DNA of 64,000 nucleotides from Spirochaetia bacterium. GTDB lineage: Bacteria; Spirochaetota; Spirochaetia; SZUA-6; Bin103. The notes under the pieces are model-generated. The model was not told where the DNA came from. It made no database searches and saw nothing but the letters and a program-made list of their open reading frames with translations. The DNA is taken from the NCBI GenBank assembly GCA_965203905.1, contig CBDBDQ010000005.1, positions 7,680,001 through 7,744,000 of the forward strand, written 5' to 3'. Shown piece by piece: positions 31,112 through 39,442 of this stretch. Position numbers and translations under genes: made by a program. The stretch's first letter is position 1; each line of letters begins with the position of its first letter.

Positions 31112-31393
31112 GTTATTCGAAGATCGTCGCAAGACGGGCAAGTACGTCGTCCATGATCTGTTCGGGAACCGCGTCGACGTGCATCCCCATTCCGAGCGCC
31201 GACATCGAGTGCACGAGGCTGGTCGCATCGGATCACCCCGGTGGTTCGCGTGCCTGCGCCTTGGAGGGAAACGGCAAATCCACGCCTGCGGGCATAGCTT
31301 CCACCCCTGGTGATCGGCACTACCACCGGTGTCCTGGTCAGCTTGTTGAACGACCCGGGTGAGACGATCAGTACCGGCCGAGTGCCCTGTTGA
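31112..31393 (-). pseudogene. PemK/MazF toxin, N-terminally truncated, one frameshift
   Basis: QQGTRPVLIVSP..FN...VVPIT, TTGVIRCDQPRALD, DDVLARLATIFE*; no antitoxin upstream. Confidence 0.8.
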
Positions 31394-31424
31394 CGGTGAA
31401 GTCGATCTGGGGAGGATCAGTCAG

Positions 31425-31483
31425 CGCCTGATCTACGCGCGCCTCTGGATTGATAGTGAGCTGAAGGAAGAGATGGGTCAGTA
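31425..31483 (+). pseudogene. C-terminal remnant of a family-5 SBP
   Basis: YARLWIDSELKEEMGQ*, compare ARLWIDQDLKAEMGF* and LWIDSELKEAMGH*. Confidence 0.8.
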
Positions 31484-31506
31484 GTCGCCTGAGCTTAGGG
31501 GAAAAG

Positions 31507-31550
31507 GAAGCCGGGAGGCTGTCGCCTGCAGGCGCGCTTCCCGGCTCCCC
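31507..31550 (+). repeat. Hairpin after SBP stop, shared with 54816-54858
   Basis: CCGGGAGGCTGTCGCCTGCAGGCGCGC(T/C)TCCCGG at both loci. Confidence 0.75.
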
Positions 31551-31560
31551 ACACAAACAT

Positions 31561-31594
31561 GTCATTGCGAGGAACGTTAGCGACGAAGCAATCC
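31561..31594 (+). repeat. REP-like palindromic element
   Basis: GTCATTGCGAG...GCGACGAAGCAATC; related GTCATTGCGG...CCGCAATCC at 54733-54782. Confidence 0.55.
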
Positions 31595-31628
31595 CGTTGA
31601 CGGCGGAAATCGCGATGAGGCGGATCCC

Positions 31629-32590
31629 ATGAGAGCCTATATCATCAGGCGATTATTGCTGATGGGTCCCACACCTGTTGCTATTGACCATCGTGGTCTT
31701 TCTCTCGGTGCGCTTCATCCCCGGCGATGTCATCGACGCCATGGTGGGCCGCATGGATCAGTCCGCTACAAATATAGACCGGGAAGCGCTCGAGCATCTG
31801 CTCGGATTGGACGTGCCGGTCTGGGTGCAATATGGAAGGTGGTTGGGAGGTGTTTTCCTGCACGGCAGCCTTGGCGAATCACTGATGGGCCGTGGGGCGG
31901 TAGAGGAGCGGATAGTCGCAAGGCTGCCGGTCACCCTCGAGCTGGGTGTCCTCGCAATCCTCATTAGCCTGGTGATCGCGATGCCCGTTGGCATCTATTC
32001 CGCCCGTTCGCCCAGGATACCGCCGCCGACTTCCTGGGGCGGTCGGTGGCCATTATCGGCCTCGCCACGCCGAACTTCTGGCTGGCACTCATGGTTATCA
32101 TCTACCCGGCCATCTGGTTCGGCTGGGCGCCACCGACAGAGCTGGTTTCCTTCACCGAAGACCCGCTGGGGAATCTGGCGGTGTTCATCATTCCCAGCCT
32201 GATTCTGGGGACCGCCTCGGCGGCCGCCACCATGCGGATGACGCGCACCATGATGCTCGGAGGTGCTGAGGCAGGACTATATCCGCACCGCCTGGTCCAA
32301 GGGGCTCAAGGAACGGGCCGTGGTGATCCGACACGCCGTCAAGAATGGCCTTATCCCGGTGGTGTCCCTGATCGGCCTGCAGTTGCCGATCCTGGTGGGT
32401 GGCGCCGTAATCATGGAGAACATCTTCAACCTGCCGGGGCTCGGGCGTCTCATGCTGATTGCCCTCAACGAGAGAGACTACCCGATGGTGTCCGGAATAA
32501 ACCTGTTTTTTTGCCACGGGGGTTGTGGTATTCAATCTCGTTACTGACCTGACCTATGCTTTCTTGGACCCCAGGGTCCGGTATGAATAA
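31629..32590 (+). CDS. Opp/Dpp-type permease B; about four frameshifts
   Basis: MRAYIIRRLL, RLPVTLEL, QDYIRTAWSKGL, LDPRVRYE* spread over several frames. Confidence 0.82.
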
Positions 32591-32604
32591 AGAAAATAGC
32601 AAGT

Positions 32605-33573
32605 ATGAGTGACGCCGAAGGGATACCACCAGCAGTAAGTGAGCCAAAGAGACGTAGCGGGTTGGTTGATTTCTTCACCAAACTGGTCACCGAGAAGCCA
32701 CTGGGTACGGTCGGCGGGATTATCGTATTGCTGTTGATGTCGGTCGGTATCTTTGCTGATGTTCTGGCCGCTTATCCGTATAATGAAATACACTTGGCAG
32801 ACAGGCTGCAGGGCTCATCAGCCCGGTATCCACTCGGTACCGACCAGATAGGGCGAGACCTCTTGACCCGTCTGATCTTCGGGGCTCGTATTTCGCTAAC
32901 AGTAGGTCTTGCAGCGACCGCTGTTAATGTCGTGGTGGCTGTCCTGATAGGTGGCATTTCGGGATTCTTTGGCGGTAAATTGGACCTGGCTGCGCAGAGA
33001 TTTGTAGACGCCTGGATGGCTTTCCCGGGATTGCTCCTGTTGTTGACCATAATGTCCTTCGTGGGGCAGGGTCTGCCGCAGATAATAGTGGTACTGGGGA
33101 TAACCGGAGGGATCGGCGGTTCAAGAGTAGTCCGAGGAGCTGTTATTGGGGTAAAGGAGAATGTCTATTTTCAGACGGCAGAGGCGATTGGCTGTACAAA
33201 ATGGAGAACACTTGTCAGACATGTCCTGCCCAATGTCATGCCCGTCGTAATCATCATATTCAGCATCAACATCGGTGGGGTGATTATCAGTGAGGCGTCC
33301 TTGAGCTTCCTCGGATTCGGACTACCACCGGAGGTTCCTAGCTGGGGAGGCATGCTGAGCCGGGACGGGCGCGAGTTCATGGAGGTGGCGCCACGGTTGG
33401 CTCTCTGGCCTGGCCTTGCCCTGACTATTACCGTTTACAGTCTGAACATGTTCGGTGACGCCGTGAGGGACCTGCTGGACCCGAGGTTGCGTGGCGCAAG
33501 CGGGGTCAGGGGGCGTGTAGGTCGGCTCGGTGCTGATCCGTCAAAGAGAGCCAACAAGAAACGGCTCTTCTAG
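32605..33573 (+). CDS. Opp/Dpp-type permease C
   Basis: LGTDQIGRD, HVLPN, EASLSFLG, GDAVRDLLDPR. Confidence 0.92.
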   Translation: MSDAEGIPPAVSEPKRRSGLVDFFTKLVTEKPLGTVGGIIVLLLMSVGIFADVLAAYPYNEIHLADRLQGSSARYPLGTDQIGRDLLTRLIFGARISLTVGLAATAVNVVVAVLIGGISGFFGGKLDLAAQRFVDAWMAFPGLLLLLTIMSFVGQGLPQIIVVLGITGGIGGSRVVRGAVIGVKENVYFQTAEAIGCTKWRTLVRHVLPNVMPVVIIIFSINIGGVIISEASLSFLGFGLPPEVPSWGGMLSRDGREFMEVAPRLALWPGLALTITVYSLNMFGDAVRDLLDPRLRGASGVRGRVGRLGADPSKRANKKRLF

Positions 33574-34034
33574 ACGAGCTTGAACACCGGCACGGTGCCG
33601 CTTCCGTCCGCGAGCGCCTCGAACGCCACCTCGACCTCGCGACCGACCTTGATCTGATCGGCGTCGGCGTCGTCGTCGAGGTCGACGATGTTGGACTGCA
33701 GGCGCACGCCTTCCGCCAGATCGATCTGCGCCAGGACCAGCGGCAGCCGTCCCTGGTGTCGCAGGTGGTACGGTCGGTGCAGCACGGCGTGGCTGAAGAT
33801 CGTGCCCCGGCCGGAGGCGTCACGCCACTGCATGGCGCTCGAGCCGCACGCCTGGCAGCGCGTACGCAACGGCAACGCCCACGTGCCGCATGCGCGGCAG
33901 CGCTGGAGCCGGAGCTTGCCGTCGCGCGCAGCAGCGAAAAACGGTGCCGCCCCGACCGCCGACGCCGATGCGCCCGACGTCGACACAGCCGCCGTCTCCG
34001 CGGCCCCTATCGGCAACCAGGCTTCTCCGGTCAC
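33570..34034 (-). CDS. Zn-ribbon/OB-fold (DUF35) protein, thiolase partner
   Basis: FFAAARDGKLRLQRCRACG...CQACGS, DLAEG; GTGA overlap with the thiolase stop. Confidence 0.85.
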   Translation of the reverse strand: MTGEAWLPIGAAETAAVSTSGASASAVGAAPFFAAARDGKLRLQRCRACGTWALPLRTRCQACGSSAMQWRDASGRGTIFSHAVLHRPYHLRHQGRLPLVLAQIDLAEGVRLQSNIVDLDDDADADQIKVGREVEVAFEALADGSGTVPVFKLV

Positions 34035-35209
34035 GCCTTCGCCTCCGGCGACAGCAGCAACGTCGAGTGATGCTGCAGCGTGCCGCCGTTGCCGCTCACC
34101 AGAATCAACTGGTTGTTCGCTTGCCGCTGGCCACCCTGTCCGCGGCCTTGAATGATCGCCTCCGAGATCGGCGTCATCCCCCACATGTAGTAGGACGAAA
34201 GCTGCCCCCCGCCGGTGTTGGTCGGCAGTGAACCGCCGCGCCCGATGGCCCCCGACGCGACGAACGGGCCGCCTTCGCCCTTGGCACAGAAGCCGTAGTC
34301 TTCGAGGGTGGTAATGACCGTATAGGTGTAGCAGTCATAGAGCTGGCACTGGCTCACGTCGGCGAGTTGCGCGTCGGCCATCGCCAGCGCTCTCGGGCCC
34401 GACCGCCTGGCCGGCGACTCGGTCAGCGGATCGAAGCCCGCCCAACCCACGTCGTGGTGGTGAGCTTGTGCGAACCCACGGATGTAGACCGGCGGCTGCG
34501 CGCCATCCCGGGCCCGCTCGGCGGACGTCACGATCACCGCTACGCCGCCGTTGGAGACCAGGCAGCAATCCAGCACGTGAAAGGGTTCCACCACCCACGG
34601 CGATGCGTGGTAGCCGTCCAGATCCAACGGCTCGCGCTTGGTCGCATGTTCGTTGAACGCGGCCCACTTGCGTTGCGCGATGGCGACCTGCCCCAGTTGA
34701 TCCTGCGTGGTGCCGTACAGATCCATATGGCGGCGGGCGCCCGACGCATAGGCGGCAATCGGACCGGCCCAGCCGTATATCTGCCGCAAGCTGTCGAGTG
34801 CCGACATCGGCCGGCCGCCCGCATACGCAGCCCCGGCGCGCTGCCCTTCCTGCAACGGGTCGTCGGCGAACACGCAGCAGACGACCTTCGCCAGTCCGGC
34901 GTTCACCGCCATCGCCGCGTACTGGACCATCTGACCGGCGCTCGATCCGTAGCCCTGCATGAAGGTCAGCAGGTCGAGCTCCCGCAGCCCGAGCGCCCGC
35001 TGCAGCGACACATCGATTCCCTGCGTCACTCCCGCGTTGATGAGCAAGCCATCGAGCTGCGATTTGTCGAGCCCGGCATCCTCCAGCGCCAGGTAGACCG
35101 CCTCGACCGCGAAGTCCTCCGCGCTACGATAGACCCGCCCCATCTCGGTCATACCGAGCCCGCACACCGCGGTCGCGCCTTGCAGTGGATGTGATGCCGA
35201 CCCGCTCAC
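34031..35209 (-). CDS. SCP2-type thiolase family protein
   Basis: DCCLVSNGG, LYDCYT, LEDYGFC.KGEG, TNTGGGQLS; GGGAGGG RBS. Confidence 0.88.
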   Translation of the reverse strand: MSGSASHPLQGATAVCGLGMTEMGRVYRSAEDFAVEAVYLALEDAGLDKSQLDGLLINAGVTQGIDVSLQRALGLRELDLLTFMQGYGSSAGQMVQYAAMAVNAGLAKVVCCVFADDPLQEGQRAGAAYAGGRPMSALDSLRQIYGWAGPIAAYASGARRHMDLYGTTQDQLGQVAIAQRKWAAFNEHATKREPLDLDGYHASPWVVEPFHVLDCCLVSNGGVAVIVTSAERARDGAQPPVYIRGFAQAHHHDVGWAGFDPLTESPARRSGPRALAMADAQLADVSQCQLYDCYTYTVITTLEDYGFCAKGEGGPFVASGAIGRGGSLPTNTGGGQLSSYYMWGMTPISEAIIQGRGQGGQRQANNQLILVSGNGGTLQHHSTLLLSPEAKA

Positions 35210-35512
35210 GCCCTCCCAGTATAGCCTACCGGCCACCGAAGTTCAGGTCACCCAGGAGGCCGACGTGGACCACGTCCCATTACCGGACATCGCGCTGCAC
35301 GAACGCGGTACCCCGGCAGAGCAATACCGGCAACACCTCGCCGCCCGCGAGCCGCCGGCCCGACCACAGCGGAGGCGCCGCCCTCGCCGCCCTTCCTGCG
35401 GTTTGTGCACGCCCCCGCGCCTGTGGTACCGTGGGGTCGGGTACATGGCGATGCAGACAGCCCGGAAGCAGCTACCCGACCGGGCCGGCAGTGCTCAGGG
35501 AGGTCTCGCGCC

Positions 35513-36705
35513 ATGACCGGACACACACCTATCGAACCGCCGACTCTGCGGAGGATCAGGGGAAGGAACCTGCTGTCTTTCGGGCCTGAGGGGATCGACC
35601 TCGAATTGGCCGCCCTCAACGTGCTGATCGGTCCGAACGGCTCGGGAAAATCGAACCTGTTGGAGGTCATCAGGCTGCTACAAGCCGCTCCCCACGATCT
35701 GTCCGCTCCCGTCCGCACCGGCAGCGGCGTCCCGTGATTGGATCTGGAGAGGGCAGCCGCAGTCCTCGGCGACGGTCGAGGTGATCATCGACAACCCGCA
35801 TGGAAGACAACCGCTACGGCACGTGATCGCGTTCAAAGAGTCCGGGCGCCAGTTTACCCTGGACGACGAGCGGATCGAGAACGAGCATCCGTTCCCCCGG
35901 ACAACCCGACTCGTACTTCTACTACAGACTTCAGGGCGGGAGCCCCGTGCTGAACGTAGTTGGAGACGGCCGGCGGGAGCTTCAACGGGATGACGTCGAA
36001 CCCGACCGGTCGATTCTGTCGCAGCGGAAAGAGCCCGATCAGTATCCGGAGCTCGCCTATCTGAGCACGTTCTACGAAGGCATCAACCTGTACGGCTCCT
36101 GGGAGTTCGGGCGGAGCGCCGGCATCCGTGACGCGCAGAGAAGCGACGTTCGTCCGAGTCCGTTGGCCGAGAACCTGTCGAACCTTGGCATGTTCCTCAA
36201 CCGGCTGGCGCCGTACCCGGCCGCCAGAGCGCGTCTGAAGGCGCATCTGACCGAGCTTTACGAAGGCATCACCGACTTCGAACTCTACTTCGATCCGAGC
36301 ACCGTACAACTCCTATTCACGGAGGGCGATTACTCGATCCCGGCATCGCGCCTGTCCGACGGTAGCCTCAGATATCTCTTTCTACTGGCGGCGCTGCTGG
36401 ACCCGGAGCCGCCCAGGCTCCTGGGAATCGAGGAGCCTGAGTTGGGGCTGCACCCGGACCTGCTTCCCAAGCTGGCGGACCTGCTGGTCGACGCGTCAAG
36501 CCGGTGCCAGCTCGTCGTGACGACCCACTCCGACCTGCTGGTCGACGCGCTGTCCGAGCACCCGGAATCGGTAGTAGTATGCGAAAAGCACGACGGCCGA
36601 ACCAGCATGAGGCGTCTCGACCGATCGGACCTCGCCCGGTGGCTCGAACGGTACGGGCTGGGGCAGCTGTGGACCAAGGGGAAGCTGGGTGGTGTGCGCT
36701 GGTGA
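35513..36705 (+). CDS. AAA_21/ABC-type ATPase; frameshifts near 35735 and 35895-35940
   Basis: LNVLIGPNGSGKSN, LSDG, IEEPELGLHP, TTHS. Confidence 0.82.
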
Positions 36706-37307
36706 GGGCGGAGATCTACGTCGAGGGCGGTGGACCGCCTGACAGGCTCACCAACATTCGATGCCGCGAGGGGTTCCGCAAGCTGCTTGCCAAGTGCGGC
36801 CTGGACGACAGCAGGTTCCAAGTGACCGCCTGTGGGGGACGCGGAGATGCTCGGAACGACTTCCGGGACGCCCATGCGGATGCCGGAGACCAATACTATG
36901 TCGCGCTTCTGATCGACAGCGAGTCTCCTGTGGCGAACATCGAAGAGACGTGGAATCACCTCACCGAGGAGCATAACTGGCAACGCCCTCCCGATGCCCG
37001 GGATGACCAAGTGCTCTTCATGACCACGTGCATGGAAACCTGGATCGCAGCGGATCGGTCGGCCTTGTGCGCGCACTTCGGTCAGTGCCTTCTGGTTAGC
37101 GAACTTCCCGACCTCGACGGTCTGGAGGAGCTGAGACGCGGCACCGTGAAGGATCGGCTGCGGCACGCCACCCGGAGCTGTCCGGTCCCGTACGGCAAGG
37201 GGCCGAACTCGTTCGAAGTGCTGAGCAGACTCGATCCGACAGTCCTGGAAGAACGCCTGCCGAGCTTCCGCCGGGCGCGCCGAATCCTGACCGACAAGCT
37301 GGGATAG
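36702..37307 (+). CDS. DUF4276-like (TOPRIM-like) protein
   Basis: IYVEGG, ACGGR, LLIDSE, CMETWIAAD, YGKG; GTGA-coupled to the ATPase. Confidence 0.7.
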   Translation: MRAEIYVEGGGPPDRLTNIRCREGFRKLLAKCGLDDSRFQVTACGGRGDARNDFRDAHADAGDQYYVALLIDSESPVANIEETWNHLTEEHNWQRPPDARDDQVLFMTTCMETWIAADRSALCAHFGQCLLVSELPDLDGLEELRRGTVKDRLRHATRSCPVPYGKGPNSFEVLSRLDPTVLEERLPSFRRARRILTDKLG

Positions 37308-37448
37308 AAGAGTAAGAGTAGGAGGCACGACCATCTCGCTCCCGCCTACTTCATGGATCAGTTCACATCGAATTCAACCCGAACGCCGACCAGTTGGGCA
37401 AAGATCAGGGCTACGATAACTGGCCTGCAGCAGCGAAAGGAGAACGAC

Positions 37449-38858
37449 ATGGCCCGGCCCAACATCCTGCTTATCACGACCGACCAGGAGCACCACCGGC
37501 TGACTCACCACGCCGGCGACGAATACGTCCACACGCCGGCGCTGGACGGGCTGGCCCGGGATGGCATGCGCTTCGACCGGACCTACGTCGCCAACCCGGT
37601 CTGCGTGCCGGCGCGTTACAGCCTGTTCTCGGGACACATGCCGCACCGGTTCGACGGCATGGAGGTGAACCACCAGAGCATTAAGAAGCCCTTTCCCGTA
37701 ATCGCCGACAGCGTGTCGACACCGTCCATGGGGCGCTGTCTACAGGCCGCCGGCTACGACACGGTCTACGGTGGGAAGCTGCACGTGGAAGGCTTTCCGC
37801 TGTTCAAGCCCGAGCTCGAGGAGCGTTTCGGTTTCCGCTGCCTGATCGACAATTCGCGGGAGGAGCTTGCGCTGCGCAGTCGGGACTTCCTCATGGAGGA
37901 GGGGCGGAGGCGGGCACGAGGCTCGGGAGACGCCGGCGGCGCAGAAGGGGGCGCCAACGGCGACGACGGGCAGCCCCCCTTCTTCCTGTGGGCCTCCTTC
38001 ATCAACCCGCATGACATCTGCCTGGTGCTGGACCGTGAGACCGGCAAGCTCTCGTTCGATGGCGTGACTCTGGACCGGTGTCCGCCGCTACCGGACAATT
38101 TCGCCCCGACCCGCGACGAGCCGCGTTGGATCAGCCGGTTTCGCGACGGCACCCTGGGCGACGAGTCTACCGTGGAGCTGGGCCTCAACCGCCGCTTCGG
38201 CCGCAGCTCGCAGTCCTGGACGGAGGATGAGTGGCGGCTGTACCGCGGCGCGTATCGCCACTTCATGGGCGACGTGGACCGCCAGATTGGCATCGTTCTC
38301 GATGCGCTGCATCAATCGGGCCTCGAGGAGGACACGGTGGTGATCTTCACCAGCGACCACGGCGACCACGACGGCGAGCACCGGCTGACGATGAAACGTT
38401 CCTTCTACGAGGCGGCGGTCCACGTACCGCTCATCGTCCGCTGGCCTGGTCACGTCGCAGCGGGCGCGGTGGACGACACCCACCTGGTGAACAACTGCAT
38501 CGACCTCCTGCCGACGCTTTGTGAGCTGGCCGGCGTCGATCCTCCCGAGGGCCTTCCGGGCCGCAGCTTCAAAGGTCTGGCGCTGGGCGACCAGCCGCGC
38601 GCCTGGCAAGACTTCGTGGTGAGTGAAACAGTGGCGGGCCGGATGCTGCGCAGCGCCCGCTACAAGTACTGCGTCTACCATCACGAGAGGGAATCGGAAG
38701 AGCTGTTGTGCGACCTCCAGGAGGATCCGCTGGAGACCCGGAACCTGGCCGGGTCGCCGGCTCACCGGCGCGTGGTGAGGGAGCACCGGCAACTGCTCAC
38801 CGAGTGGACGCGGCAAGCCGGCGATCGCAAGGGCGCTGACTACCTGGCGGCCATCTGA
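37449..38858 (+). CDS. Cys-type sulfatase (choline-sulfatase-like)
   Basis: PNILLITTDQ, CVPAR (CxPxR), GKLH, FTSDHGD. Confidence 0.9.
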   Translation: MARPNILLITTDQEHHRLTHHAGDEYVHTPALDGLARDGMRFDRTYVANPVCVPARYSLFSGHMPHRFDGMEVNHQSIKKPFPVIADSVSTPSMGRCLQAAGYDTVYGGKLHVEGFPLFKPELEERFGFRCLIDNSREELALRSRDFLMEEGRRRARGSGDAGGAEGGANGDDGQPPFFLWASFINPHDICLVLDRETGKLSFDGVTLDRCPPLPDNFAPTRDEPRWISRFRDGTLGDESTVELGLNRRFGRSSQSWTEDEWRLYRGAYRHFMGDVDRQIGIVLDALHQSGLEEDTVVIFTSDHGDHDGEHRLTMKRSFYEAAVHVPLIVRWPGHVAAGAVDDTHLVNNCIDLLPTLCELAGVDPPEGLPGRSFKGLALGDQPRAWQDFVVSETVAGRMLRSARYKYCVYHHERESEELLCDLQEDPLETRNLAGSPAHRRVVREHRQLLTEWTRQAGDRKGADYLAAI

Positions 38859-38879
38859 GCACCCCGGCCAATCAGTCCC

Positions 38880-38952
38880 CGGAGTCGCGTCCGGCATGAT
38901 CTGACGTGCGCCTGGTCGATCATGCCGGCGGCCACGTCGATGCCGACGGCAT
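38880..38952 (-). pseudogene. Methyltransferase fragment
   Basis: 38917-38952 is 36/36 identical to 59423-59458 (AVGIDVAAGMI). Confidence 0.75.
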
Positions 38953-39002
38953 GTGTCCCAAGGCCCCTTCGTCACGGCAGATGAGATCGTCAGTAGGGAC
39001 AG
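38953..39002 (+). repeat. ~50-bp dispersed repeat, possible group II intron 5' end
   Basis: GTGTCCCAAGGCCCCTTCG.CACGGCA.ATGAGATCGTCAGTAGGGA.AGG, also at 42932-42982; 17-nt core also at 58821-58837 (minus). Confidence 0.7.
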
Positions 39003-39064
39003 GCCGAGTAGGCGGGGTCGTTACCGAGCCCCGCCCCTCGCAGACCCGAGCGTGCGCGATTAAC
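39003..39064 (-). mobile_element. Group II intron 3' remnant (3' half of domain V plus domain VI)
   Basis: AATCGCGCACGCTCGGGTCTGCGAGGGGCGGGG...CCCCGCCTACTCGGC: DV bulge pattern, DVI stem, branch A near the end. Confidence 0.7.
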
Positions 39065-39442
39065 TCTGAGTGCGAGCAGGATGCGCGGCCGCCGGTGGAT
39101 TGCGCAGGTCCATCTCAGACTCAGCGCGTCCATTTACGCTCGTTCGGTTCTCGATTACTCTTCCTATCACTCGATGCTGCGCAAGTACGGACTCGACAAG
39201 GCGATCCTCGCCGTGGAGGTTCCTCTGCTGCCATTCTGGCTTTGCGGGCAGTGATCGATGTTGACCTGGGAAGGGGCCTCGTGGCTGAGAAACGACTTCG
39301 CGATCCCGTATCGCGTATGATCACCAACGAGTCGCGACAATTCGGCGTGTGGAGGCCCGTGGTGGGTGGTGCTGATCAGTCCAGCCTCGCAGCGCACCTG
39401 GGCGGTGGGCGATTCCTCCCGTCCCAGCCTCCGAGCGAATAG

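Noticed and set aside
24440-31400. Integron cassette array
   Set aside because: No integrase, no recognisable attC sites, mixed gene orientation
39120-39400. Lower-GC intergenic patches that may be gene relics (also 42700-42930, 57980-58340, 35240-35460)
   Set aside because: No motif I can assign with confidence
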